The notes under the pieces are model-generated. The model was not told the origin of the DNA. It did no database searches and saw only the letters and a list, made by a program, of their open reading frames with translations. A DNA stretch of 64,000 nt, taken from the NCBI RefSeq assembly GCF_035594765.1, contig NC_085844.1, positions 146,708,107-146,772,106 of the forward strand, read 5' to 3'. Shown piece by piece: positions 38,275-51,219 of this stretch; position 1 is the first letter of the stretch, and each line of letters starts with the position of its first letter. The translations under genes and the position numbers were made by a program. The DNA is from Anolis carolinensis (taxonomy: Eukaryota).

Positions 38275-38890
38275 CTTGCTTGCTTACTTACTTAGGCGAT
38301 CCCTCACTGTTCAAGTATGATGGCCTTCCAAGTGTAGTGTCTTGGCAGTGAGTACGGAGGTGACTGTGGAGCCCTATTCTTGACCCGCATGTTCTTCCAC
38401 AGTGAAGACATCAGTTTCAAGGTGGAAGGCGGTCCCAGTCAAGGTTGGCTCGACGCACCTTCCTCTTGGCACATTTGTCCCTTAAGACTTCCATTTGTGC
38501 ATCTTCAAATTCCACAGTACTGCTAGTCAGAGCTGACCTCTAGCTAGAGTTCTCAAGGGCCAGGGATTCCCAGTTCTTGGTGTCTAGGCCACCATGTTTA
38601 AGGTGAGCTTTAAGCCCATCTTTAAATCTCTTTTTCTGTCCACCAACATTATGTTTTCTGTTCTTGAGTTGTGAGTATAGTAACTGCGTTGGAAGACGGT
38701 GATCAGGCATTCGGACAACGTGGCCAGTCCAGTGGAGTTGATGGCATAGGAGCATCGCTTCAATGCTGGTGGTCTTTGCTTCTTCCAGCATGCTGACATT
38801 TGTCCACCTATCTTCCCAAAAGATGTGTAGGATTTTTCGGAGACAACACTAATGGAATTGTTCCAGGAGTTGAGTGTGACGACTGTAGAC
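38275..38890 (-). mobile_element. RTE-clade LINE 3' end
   Basis: SIEAMLL...LHWTGHVVRMPDHRLPTQLLYSQL...GGQKKRFKD; (TAAG/CAAG)n tail. Confidence 0.9.
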
Positions 38891-40285
38891 AGGTCAAACA
38901 ACTCAACCATTGGTCTGTCCAAGGGTCTCTTGGTATCCAGTTAATTAGTTAACATGTCCAACAACTGATATCCAAGCTATAGTAACTTCTAAACATTCAC
39001 TCAGAAAAAAAATTGTTTAGGAAAGGCTCAGAGCTCATTGGTATCACGTGCTTGGCCTGCAGAAGGCTCTAGATCCCACCCTTACTGTCTCCAGAGAAAG
39101 CATCAGTAGTGACAGATCATTGAAGGAAGACCTAACAGTACAACAATTTTCTTTGTGAAGTAGTGGAAGAATTCATTTTGTGCATGTATGGAATAATGTA
39201 ACAACTGAAAACATCCGCTTGAGAGGTGTAATGAGCAACAATTTCTTGTTATTTCCCAAATATTATTTTGTTGCATTGTTTGGGGACCTGGGGAACATTT
39301 TCTCCCTTTTATTATACAATCAAATGGAATACATAAACACATTGTTGTTTTTAAAATAGCTTTCAAAAACAATGATACAAGCTCTGAGTAGCAGGCAATG
39401 AAGCAGGCATCGCATGAGACTCTAGAGAGATAACAGTCAAAGGAGATAACATTCAGCAAGACAGACATATAAAGTAGCTTTTTATATTCCAAACTGCACA
39501 CATTGATGTGGCAACAATGTTTGGGGATCTGGATTCTCGAATCCCCAAATATGTCCCCAATCACCACAAGAACAATCAGAGGGAACCTTGCTAACAATTT
39601 CACCATTCAACTGAAGCAGTATCTTCTTATGAAATGGACATATTACAATCTGGGTGACATACAACACTATGTTTTAAGGCTAATCTATTTTATGTATAGT
39701 TTGATGAAATAAGCAGCCCAAGTCTACAGGGTGCCACATGGAGGCACACACTGCACTTCCTTTGTTACACAATCTGATCTCATTTCTAAAATCTTAATAG
39801 GCAAGAAATTACACTCTGGCTCCCCCACATGGAAACATACGCAGCAGTACATTTACTGTTTCCATTTGCTTTTTTCTGAAAAAGAAGGACGTGACTTGTC
39901 AAGGCTGAATCCAAGATAAAAAAAATAACTGTGAACAATGACTGGCACTCAGGGTACATTCCTTAATTTGGGGACTCTCGTTTAAGTGGGAAGTAAAATT
40001 AAAATAGACCATGAATGAGTGAAGGTCAGTTAAGTAAAACTTTGTCCCCAGCATTTCCAAATATAGCAATTTTCCTTGTATTTTTCCTGTCTCTTTGTTT
40101 AGTTAGTACATTTATACCCCCATCTTTCTTCCACAGAAAAATTCAAAGCAGTGTATATAAGGTTCCAAATTTAAAAAACCCAAAAACTAAGAAGACCTGG
40201 AGCTGTTTAGCTTTAACAAAGTGAGTGAATCACATGTTTGCAGCTGCACAATTAACACTGAATTTAGATGCTGTTGGTAAAGATT

Positions 40286-40400
40286 AAGGGCCCTTCCAGA
40301 CAGGCCCTATATCCCAAGATCTGATCCCAGGTTTTCTGCTTTAAACTGGATTATATGAGTCCGCACTGCCAGATAACCTGGGATAAACAGAAAACCTGGG
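40286..40400. mobile_element. PIF/Harbinger-like MITE fragment
   Basis: taAGGGCCCTTCCAGACAGGCCC terminus and internal palindrome CCCAGGTTTTCTG...CAGAAAACCTGGG. Confidence 0.55.
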
Positions 40401-40611
40401 TGAATAAAGCTGATTCTTGGGTTCAGAAGCCCAACCTTTTCCCTAGTATTGTCCAACCCTGGCTTCTGGATTTTTGTGCAGGTAGAGCTCTAGATTTATC
40501 ATGTTTGCCTTAGGCATTGCTATCGCAACCCACATAGTTCCAGGTCCTTTTTAGACCCATAAAGCTTTCTCATACATGGATCTCTTCCCATCCATACAGA
40601 CTTGAAGAAAA

Positions 40612-40770
40612 GTATTGTACCTCAATGTATGGGCCACATGTTTTACATGCGAAAGGCCCCAAGTTTAACCCTTGGCATTTCTGGATAGAGCTTGAAATTC
40701 CCTGCTCTGAAACGCTAAAGTGAAGATGTAGTAAGTATAGACTAGAGATGACTAAACATAAGACCTCCTC
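40612..40770 (+). mobile_element. degenerate Squam3-like tRNA SINE
   Basis: ACATGCGAAAGGCCCCAAGTTTAACCCTTGGCATTTCTGG; similar fragments near 13085-13175 and 39025-39100. Confidence 0.5.
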
Positions 40771-40988
40771 CTTGTGTTATGAGTTCTCTGCTAGTGAACA
40801 TGGTGGTGGGATGATGGGAGTTTAATGCAACAATATTTAGAGGCCACATATTATCCGTTCCTGGTGTGTCTATGTGGTATTGACTAAAGTCAGTGGGCCA
40901 ACTGTTTGATTTGGCACAAATGAGCTTTTTATGATCTTGATAATTATTTTTTGTCTTCCTTGTAAAGCTGAACAATTTGTTTCATTCC

Positions 40989-41461
40989 TATTATTTGAGA
41001 AATGTCATACCACCCTAACAACCACCATGTCAGACTACACAGAGAAGTCACTAAAGACCACAAGCATGTGGACAATTTCAACAGAAAGGGGGAAATCATG
41101 AAAATGAACACAATCTGGCTACCAGTATTAAAAAAACTCTAAAATCAGGACAGTAAATAAAGAACAATACTCAAAAACAGGGGAATTCCAGACAAGAAAT
41201 AATCATGGCCAGCTAACACTTCCCAATAAAGGATTCCCCCAGGCAGGAAGCAGCCAGGCTTTAAATCTGCAAGGCCATTAAATGCTAATCAAGGTGGCCA
41301 ATTGCCATATTCACACTTGCCTCCAACAGACAAGAGTTCTTTCTCCCACCCTGGACCTTCCACAGATATATAAACCCCACTTGCCTAGTTTCCAACAGAC
41401 CTCACAACCTCTGAGGATGCCTGCCATAGATGTGGGTGAAATGCCAGGAGAGAATGCTTCA
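40989..41461 (+). mobile_element. Penelope-like element 3' fragment
   Basis: GIY-YIG end (HVDNFNRK), TATATAAA pseudo-LTR, hammerhead-like CTGAGGA...GAAA. Confidence 0.85.
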
Positions 41462-41915
41462 AAGGTTGAAATAAAGAAACTGGCTGGTTAATTCCAACCA
41501 GATGATGAAATTCTTAGTCTTCATTGTCTGCTTTGGGTTGCCTGGACAAAACTACTATAAAGTCCAAAGCACATCATGTTTCAGGCTCTGCACTTAGCAG
41601 GTAAATGCTCTCTGAACCAGAAGCAAGTCCTTCTGTTTTTAATGAACCTCACTTCCAAAAAATTGTTTATAAGATTATAGTCTGATTTGGAATTGATTGT
41701 GTCAGTTTAAAGTTAGCATCTGAATTTTAAGCTCTTCTGGATTTTTGTGCCTGTCGTGTTTCTTCCCTCATATCCTCTATGCCAGATCTCATTTTCACTC
41801 TTCCTCAAGATTCTTTCTCTTTGTTTTTTGCTTTTGTATTCTTGTTTCCATATGCACTCGAGATCTCTTTCAACGACCTTTCTGTTCCGTCAATCATGTT
41901 CCCTTTCTTCTAGAC

Positions 41916-42050
41916 CAGTGGTTCTCAACCTGTGGGTCCCCAGGTGTTTTGGCCTACAATTCCCAGAAATCCCAGCCAGTTTACTGGCTGTTAGGATTTC
42001 TGGGAGATAAAGACCAAAACATCTGGGGACCCACAGGTTGGGACACACTG
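41916..42050. mobile_element. ~135 bp hAT-type MITE
   Basis: Same family; TSD ttctagac/ttctataa. Confidence 0.85.
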
Positions 42051-42654
42051 TTCTATAAGATTTTTTTTAGTGCTCTTCCTGCCCTAAACCCCTGTTTTCA
42101 TTCCCACCACCTTTATGGGGTTAAATGTATTCTCATATTCCAATGAACATCTTATATTTCCCTCAAAAATTAGACATGAAATCATACTAGCAGAGCTGTT
42201 CACTGAGCAGTTAAAATGGTCATGAACATTATTTTTCATCTCAGCCACTTTGTATCTACAAGTGCAAAATAGTATAGATTAAAACACTTTAGACTTTAGT
42301 TCAGTTTGACAGCATCCATGACAATACTATAAAACAACTTTATCTAGGATTGCACTACAGATGGATGGCCTCAATCGAGGAAGCCCCATCTCGCCCATCT
42401 ATCTATTGATAACAAGATGACTTGGAGGATGATTCATAGGGTAATTATAAGTCAAAGTAAACGATGACAAATAACATCACAACATCTGGCATATAATAAA
42501 AGGTGGCAGTTAAAGTGATGTCAAGCTGCATTAATTCTACAGTGTAGATGCACTCTTATGGCAGGGCTGTTGATAACAGGGTAATTTGGAGGGTTCTTAT
42601 TCACAGGTCACCATAAGTTGAAAGGAAACTGATTACAATTAACAGCAATAAAAA

Positions 42655-43277
42655 CTGGGTTGCTGTGAGTTTTCCAGTCTTCTGGCCATGTTCTAGAAGC
42701 ATTCTCTCCTAACGTTTTGCCCACATCTATGGCAGGCATCCTCAGGGGTTGTGAGGTCTGTTGGAAACTAGGCAAGTGGGGTTTATATATCTGTGGAATA
42801 ATGTCCAGAGTGGGAGAAAGAACTCTTGTCTGTTAGAAGCAAGTGTTAATGTTGCACTTGGCTAGCTTGATTAGCACTAAATAGCCTTGCAGCTTCAAAG
42901 CCTGGCAGCTTCCTGCCTGGGGAAATCCTGACAACCAGAGAAGACAGACATAGCAGAGCACTTGATGATATTATTTGAGAACAGAGAAATGCTGGACCAC
43001 TCTAACAACCACAATGTCAGACTATAAAAGCCACTGAAACCCACAAGCATGTGGACAATTTCAACAGAAACCATGAAAATGAACAAAATCTGGCTCCCAG
43101 TATTTAAAAAAACTCTAAAATCAGGACAGTAAATAAAGAACAAAACTCAGAAAACAGAGGAATTCCAGGCATGAACAATCAGAGTCAGCTAGCACCTCCC
43201 AACAAAGGATTCCCCCAGGCAGGGAGCAGTCCGGCTATGAAGCTGCAAGGCTATTCAATGCTAATCAAGCTGGCCAA
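42655..43277. mobile_element. Penelope-like element with inverted pseudo-LTR
   Basis: 42655-42929 is the reverse complement of the pLTR; 42930-43277 is the forward 3' end. Confidence 0.85.
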
Positions 43278-44250
43278 GTTTTCTGGAATTTCGGGAAACA
43301 TGGAGTTTCTAGCATTTGAACACCAAGTTGGAATTTACCCAGAAAACACCCTTCTAGTTTATTACACTAGAGGGCAGTGCATCACCACAAGGCATACATT
43401 TTCACATCAAATACACCTAAGTAAGCTAAAGATTCAAGAAATTACACACCTGGATCAAGTAAAAGACAGAACCCAGGTTATTCATATTAAATAATGACAA
43501 AATAGGTCATTTACGTTTTGGAGCCTTGGCTGTTTCTTGCAAGCCTTTCCACCATAGCTAACACAAGAAGTTGATGCCAAAAAGTTTTAAAATCTTAAAG
43601 GTCTTCTACAAATAAATTAGCTCCTCTAACTTCTATCCTCATTTTAAAAAATCCTCATGCTTAATAGTCCACACCTCCTACAGAATGGAAGTGTAGCCAT
43701 AATTTTGGCAGAATCTCTTTCCATTTCTGTTTGTTTCCAAATGACTACCTCTTGGCCTCATTTGATTTATTCTCATAATATTATTACCTTTGCTCCAGTA
43801 CCATTCTTGAGATTCCTACAGATGGAGAGACAGGTTTCATCTTTTGGATCCCACTTCACTTCTACGGCATGAATAGATACTCTCTCACTTTCTGCCATGA
43901 GAAACTCTGGGTCTGGCAGAAAGTGCTAAAAACCGAACAGACTCACCATTTGCAAGCCACAACAAGCACATTACTGTACCAGGCGCCTAAGGCTAGTGTT
44001 TGCCAGCAGTTCCTGTCATCACTATGACTGGGGCTGAGTTACATTGTGGAAAGATATTCTATAATGGTTGAAAGGCAAATGGAAGAATTCTCTCACTAGG
44101 TCAAATCTGGGCGAAGAGAGAAGGAATACTCCCCCAAATTAAGAATGACAAGATCACCCTTAATACTGTTGAAAACAATGCCCCCTTGGTCAATTTGGTT
44201 TGCTTTTGAGAAGGGCCAGTATACATTTGCAATCCTTTAGTCCTTAAGAG

Positions 44251-44385
44251 CAGTGGTTCTCAACCTGTGGGTCCCCAAGTATTTTGACCTACAACTCCCA
44301 GAAATCCCTGCCAGTTTACCAGCTGTTAGGATTTCTGGGAGTTGAAGCCCAAAACATCTGGGAACCCACAGGCTGAGAACCACTG
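44251..44385. mobile_element. ~135 bp hAT-type MITE
   Basis: Same family; TSD cttaagag/tttaagag. Confidence 0.87.
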
Positions 44386-45288
44386 TTTAAGAGCAACTAT
44401 TGTTTTTAAACAGAGAATTCAAAGATGCCAACAACTTTGACTTGATCCACTGAGTCAACTCCCCACATGGAGGTAAACAACAAAAATATACTTTAACACT
44501 TTGCGCTTGTGAGCTAATAGTACTAGGGAGTTTTGCATAGCTCTGTCCTTCTCCATATTTACATCTGATACTAAGGAAAAGCCCAAAATCCTTTGGGAGT
44601 GGGTCATGTGGGGCCTCTGGGGGTCACATTGATGGGTTGTCAGTTGCTCATTACATCTTCAGTCCTCCATCAACTTCAAATATTCACAGAACTGCCCTTT
44701 TTCCATTTCTAATTGTTCAAGCATTTTACTTAAACTTATACTGAATGTAACCACCTTGTGGCTGAAACCCTTGAATCACTTCCCACACTACATTTTTCAT
44801 GACACTCATGAGGTGATCTCAATTTAAACATCCTCCTAGTATCACATGAAGGAACATGTGGGAGATTAAAAGAGTCAACAAACGTTACCATTTCCAGACA
44901 GAGTCAGATAATCTAGACATCAAGGGCCATCCGGAAAAGGTTCCTTCAAAGGGCAACTACTCACAGCTTCCAAAGTAAGTAGTTCAAGCACAAGTGAATT
45001 CTGAGGGTACGCTTTGCCAGTGTTTGCACGTTTTCTAGGATAACACAACAATGAGTGAAGACAGACAAAATCTGCTGGCTCTGAGCAATTTATTTCTCCA
45101 ATCTTTCCTCCTTTATGTCTAAGGCAACTGCAATCTTTTCCTTCTGCTCTCACTATCTACACTGGTATAGTTATACCACTGCAGCTCAATTTCAGAGGAC
45201 TTTGTTTGTGATACTGCACATCTGGCATTTACATACAAATATACTGGCAGACCGTGAGGAACTCATATTTAGAGCTATCTGTCTATGG

Positions 45289-45423
45289 CAGTGGTTCTCA
45301 ACCTGTAGATCCCCAGGTGTTTTGACCTACAACTCCCAGAAATCCCAGCTAGTTTACCAGCTGTTAGGATTTCTGGGAGCAGAAGGCCAAAACATCTGGG
45401 AATCCACAGGTTGAGAACCATTG
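45289..45423. mobile_element. ~135 bp hAT-type MITE
   Basis: Same family; TSD gtctatgg/gtcgatgg. Confidence 0.87.
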
Positions 45424-47693
45424 GTCGATGGCAATTTTATATTATGGCAGAGAAGTGGAGATCATAATAACCTCCTAATACCTATACTGGCCAGTCTACT
45501 GGATACATTGGCCCAACAACTCTAAAATACTAACTTTTCCAAACTTTGAGATTAATAGCAGTGATGGGGGGCTGAAAACATTGTAAGAAAAGGGTAGGCA
45601 AAAGCGCATTGCCACATCTGCTTGAAGCAATGACTGAAAGTAATAACACATCAAGTATTTTTGAGGTTTTAGGCATGGAAGAGACTTGCAAAGTCTCATA
45701 ATCTGTTGACTATTTTCTAAACATTCATTTTAAATATATTTCCTACTGAATGGGGTAACACCGTCTGAGGGGGTGAAACCAAAAAAAGGCAACGATTCAA
45801 CAGAAACTTATCTTTTTAAATAAAATTATCCTTGTGGCTACCTATTACCACAAAAACATTTTCATAAGCCCAGTTTATGTGAATCGTATCTGGATATCTA
45901 TAAGCTTAAAATTCAATGCTAATTTGCTTTTTGAACCAATGACAATGACACTTCAAATAATGTGGTTTCATCTATGCACACAGCAAGCATGTGTTATTGT
46001 TTTCATTGCAGCTGGTGTTTCTTTTAAATCAGATTTCCTGGTATTTTGTCACAATATTGTGGTGTAGTCTGGTATTGAAGGAAGTTCAACTGGTGGAGGT
46101 GAACTTGGTTTCATTCCCATGGAGTGGATGACACCAATCCCAGTAAGCTACTTATTTCCATCACTTACTTTCATATTCATTGACATAAAATGGTTAAAAA
46201 TATAATTACATTTTCAAGCCATTTCTAATTATTATGAAACACCATTCATAATATGTTTCATATCAAGCCATAAAGAAAATGGTTCAGTTTTCCCAGTAAA
46301 AACATGAATCTGGCTTGTGAGTAGATGACACACAAGGACAAGAAGATTGGTGCCGGCTACCGGTCATGAGTGTAATCATTGTCTATCGAAGTACCAACGA
46401 AGAGCAAGAATGTGCTTAGTTTTAATTTGGCAAAAGTAATAAAAACCAATCACTCTTAGTTCTCTCTTGATTTACCACCCAATAAATGTCACGAGAAGAG
46501 TAGCAATGCTTCCTACCAAGGGAGGTCAGGCTCTATAAAACCGTGGATTGGGCTACACAGCCCTGAGAGTATTGTTTTCTATTCCTAAAGGAAATATTGG
46601 ACAGACTGAACTGTTAATTGTTGAAACTGGGTGGGTGGGTTATGAAGCTGAGGATGGGTGGTCAATGGTTGCTAGGAACAAAGAGTAAAAAAGTTGCTGC
46701 TGATACTAAATAGGGAGACTCACAAGAGGGTCTTGAACAAATACAGAATTTCACATTTATCTCTGGGCACATCTCAGGTCGATTGCCTTTGTTTCCAACT
46801 TGGTTCCTTGATATAAAACTGAGAGATAGATAAATCAACTGTTGGGTGGATAATCTATGTCCATTCCGACATATTGTTGGGTTACCAATTCTATAATCCC
46901 CAAGACGCTTCATGTGGACTGGAGCAGAGAGAGACTACATGGCTAACATCTAGAGGCTATAGGAAAGTTTTCCCAAGGTTATACACATCATGATGCCAAT
47001 ATTGAAGAAAAACACTTTAGTTCATCCCTACTATGGCCACTATCTGAAGATCTTTGTACATCTTGTTTTCACATACACTACAGATCTGTACCCTCTGAGC
47101 ATTAAATGTCTTGGTCAAGGTGGATGTATCCTCTTCTGCTGCCTCAAAAACATAGATTGGTCAGCACTAGTATGTGCATGAAACTGAACATATAGAAGAA
47201 CTTAGTACACCGCTTGTACATCCTTAAAGTAACTGCTTAAACACTGCATATGCTCAGATTAATACACGCATAATACAGTACAAGATCCGCTGTTACACCA
47301 GATCTCATGTTCTTTCTTACAAAACTGTCATGAGCAATTGACCGAGTCATACAATTGCGAAACCAATACAGACAAGTTGCTGCAGAATAAATTAATACAG
47401 CATTAACACAGCACAGAAGAAGAGATATTTTAGCAGTTTGTCATCAGGAAGACATGGGTGAATAGGCAATGGTTCTTGGTATGAAAATATGAATGATAAA
47501 AGTAAGAATATTCCTATTGTAACTAGTGAAACTTCAGACAGGTGTGGTGGAGTCTAACACTAGTGTCCTCCACCTTCTCTTGGACCCACAAGACTATAAG
47601 CGGTAGGCAGGTTGCATGTCGACCATGTAAACCAGATCAAGAAGGGCAGAATAAAATCTCACATCAAAAAGCAAATATGGGACTATTCTCATG

Positions 47694-47949
47694 TTTTTGT
47701 GTGCGTCAGGAGCGACTTGAGAAACAAGTCACTTCTGGTGTGAGCGAATTGGTTGTCTGCAGGGACGTTGCCCAGGGGACACTTGGATGTTTTCTGATGT
47801 TGTACTATCCTGTGGGAGGCTTCTCTCATGTCCCTGCATGGGGAGATGGAGCTGACAGACGGGAGCTCACCCTGCTCCCTGGATTCGAACCTTGCGATCA
47901 GTAGTCCTGCTGGCACAAGCGTTTAACCCATTGTGCCACCGGGAACTCC
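47694..47949 (-). mobile_element. AnolisSINE2-type SINE
   Basis: Full layout. Confidence 0.87.
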
Positions 47950-49614
47950 ATTCTCATGGTGAGACTCCTTTTATTTTGTTCATATTTTTGAAAGGTTACA
48001 TAACTAAAATTGCCCTTGGTGAACTCCGATGGCAGGTTCTGGCTATAAACTTTCCAGAAAACTATCATAAATCTATAATTATGCCTATCAGGTGATCTTC
48101 CCAGACACACCTACGAGGTACTACTCTCAGGGCTGTCTGAGGCAGAATAACAAACAGCCTTGAAATAATCCAGGACTCTCATTGGCAAAGATATTTTCAC
48201 ATCTAAGAAGGAAAATCCCACAAGACCCATTCCCTGGGAGCACAAACTCTTCAATAATGAATTCAGTGACTAACCACTGTCTCTTTACAGCAGCCAAAAC
48301 CAACAGCCTGGGGCAGCTGCCTCATTCTTCTCAATGGGAGTGCCAACCCTGATGATTGTTCAAAGATTGTGCCCAGCCATCAATATTTGAAGAAAATCTT
48401 CCTTTTAAGGAAGAGATTAAACCCACCTTTGCATCTTTCTTTCCTAAGATCCAGACAAAGGAGAGACACAACCCTTTTCTATACAGAACGTATTTTCAAT
48501 ATTGTTTGTCATTGGAGGGCTAAGGAACACAAGCAAATTTTATTGCAAATGCATTAATGTTGTTTTCAATCACACTCACAACTGGCAATTCTGATCTTCC
48601 CTTCTCTCCCGTAAGATATTGGGATGTTAGGCAGCTCATGTGGAGTATTTGGGCAAGCCAAAAATCCTCCAACGGTCAGTTTATTTGTTTAGTTTGTCTT
48701 TAGCCCACCCTTCCACCCCCAAATTCCAAAAATCAGGGAAAGAAAAAATAATTTTAAGTTGTGCTCTACTATTGAATTTGTTTTGCCATAATAAAAAGCA
48801 TATCTCTTTCCATCTTTCATTACTCCATTTCCCCCAAATATCTGAACACAAAATTCTTTTCATCGCTTCCATGTGACTAGCCAGGCCAAAGTGGATTGGT
48901 CTGTTTTCACTGAGAAATAAAAGCTGTTTCTAAAAGAACTATTTAACTGTGACCAGAGTTTCAGCCTCACAAACAGAACAAAAGAAGAGCTCTAGTCATA
49001 TGGCCGCTTCTCAGTACATTCACTTGTTCATGGACCCATTTTTGTATAATTAGCAGCCTCCTTTTTAATCTGCCGAATGACCTAATGCATAAATACTTTA
49101 GATGTTATAAAAAGCATTCATTTGCATTCAGCTATTACAAATGCTATTCCCTATCTGCCTTTAGAGTCAATGGAAATAAGAGTCGCCCCAAGAATTTAGG
49201 TCACAAATGATCAGGCTAAAAATATCTAGTTCTCATGTGTTTCTGAGTAACATTATTAGGAAGTAAAATCCATCCCTACTGCTTTCACTCTGCAGTGTAA
49301 CATCTGTAGACAGATCTCTTAATTTACATCTAAACTGCAACTAATCATTTGCTTCTAAGACATACAGAGGTGCTTGTCAAACAAGGGAAAGTACAGACGA
49401 TGAATGTTAAAACGATATAGCAAACTTACAACAAAGATGTTATTCAAAAGTACACGACAAAAAGAGTTCAAATGGGTGACACTAGTATGCTCTGTTTTTG
49501 TGTGTACATTGTCATTATTCTTTTGAAACTAGCCAAAGTCTGTTTGATCTTCCAATTAGTTTAGCAAGACACCAGTCAATCACATTCTAGGGATGGATTT
49601 GTTGTTGTTGTTGT

Positions 49615-50642
49615 TTATTTATTATTATTTATTTAAAACATTTATATTCCGCCCTTTTCACCCCAAAAGGGATGGAGGACAACATATATTCGGCAAACAT
49701 TCAATGCCAGAACATAAAATAAACCTTAAATATACATAAACACTAAAATCAGGCATCTTCACATTAAAACCATTATTTAAAACCATCACAAGTCAGCTGT
49801 ACCATATCCAGTCAGCAGGGTGAACTTTCCTATTGCTGCCATTATTGCACTGCCCCAAAGGTTTGATCCCACAGCCAGGTCTTTACCATCTTTCTGAAGG
49901 ACAGAAGGAAGGGGGCTGATCTAATCTCACCAGGGAGGGAGTTCTATATCTGAGGGGCAATCACTGAGAAGGCCTTGTCTCTCGTCCCTGCCAATCGCGC
50001 CTGTGACGGTGGCGGGACTGAGAGCAGGGTCTCCCTGGAAAATCTTAATCTTCGTGGTGGTTCCTAGAGGGAGATGCATTTGGACAGGTAAACTAGGCCA
50101 GGGCCATTTAGGGCTTTATAGGCCAAAACCAGAACTCTGAATTATGCTCGGTAGCTAATTGGCAGCCAATGCTGCTAACGCAGCATGGGAGTTGTGTGCT
50201 CCCTGTATGCTGACCCAGTTATTAACCTGGCTGCCTCTTGTTGGACTATTTGAAGTTTCGGAACAGTCTTCAAAGGCAACCCCATGTAGAGCACGTTGCA
50301 GAAGTCTATCCTAGATGTAACGAGAGCGTGGACCACTGAGGCCAAGTTCGACTTCCCAAGGTACGGGCGCAACTGGCGCACAAGTTTTAATTGTGTGAAA
50401 GCCCCTCTAGCCATCGCCGAAACTTGAGTTTCCAGGCTCAGCGATGAGTCCAGTAGAACTCACAAGCAGTGAACCTGTGCCTTCAAGGGGAGTGTGACCC
50501 CGTCCAGCACAGGCTGTACCCTGTTCGGCCTTACGACTGACCAGGAGGACCTCTGTCTTGTCTGGATTCAACTTCAATTTGTTCGCCCTCATCCAGACCA
50601 TCACAGAGGTCAGGCACCTGTTCACGACCTGGACAGCCTCCT
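49615..50642 (-). mobile_element. L2-clade LINE, ~1 kb 3' fragment inside a (TTG)n tract
   Basis: WMRANKLKLNPDKTEVL and HALVTSRIDFCN ORF2 motifs; TTG runs on both sides. Confidence 0.92.

Positions 50643-50680
<38 letters not shown>
50643..50680. repeat. (TTG)n microsatellite
   Basis: Direct reading. Confidence 0.95.
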
Positions 50681-50682
<2 letters not shown>

Positions 50683-50952
50683 GTGCCTTCAAGTAGTTTC
50701 TGACCACAAGGTAATCCTATCACAGGGTTTTTTAGGACTGAGAGTGCATCACCCAGTGGGTTTCCATGGCCTGGCAAAAGAATCAAATTCTGTAATCCAA
50801 CACTCAGACCACTACATCACATACAGATGACCATTTACCAAGTGGTAAGTTACCATGATGTAAGTTTTAACTATCTGGCAAGGTGGGAAGAGGATACCAC
50901 CTTACACCAGCAATTGATACATAACCTGAAAGCATGGGTGGCAGTAGTGGGG

Positions 50953-51219
50953 TTTTTTTTTCGTATCAGGAGCAACTTGAGTTGCTTCTGGAGTGAGAGA
51001 ATTGGCCGTCTGCAAGGACGTTGCCCAGGGGACGCCCGGATGTTTTTTTTGATGTTTTTACCATCCTTGTGGGAGGCTTCTCTCATGTCCCCGCATGGAG
51101 CTGGAGCTGATAGAGGGAGCTCATCTGCACTCTCCCCGGGTGGGATTCGAACCTGGCAGCTTTCAGGTCAGCAACCCAACCTTTAAGTCACTTAGTCCAC
51201 TATGCCATCTGGGGGCTCC
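50953..51219 (-). mobile_element. AnolisSINE2-type SINE
   Basis: Full layout; 21-nt tandem duplication at the head. Confidence 0.85.

Noticed and set aside
39103-39606. 167-aa minus-strand ORF
   Set aside because: No domain motif, BCAR3 similarity or clear splice signals; treated as chance
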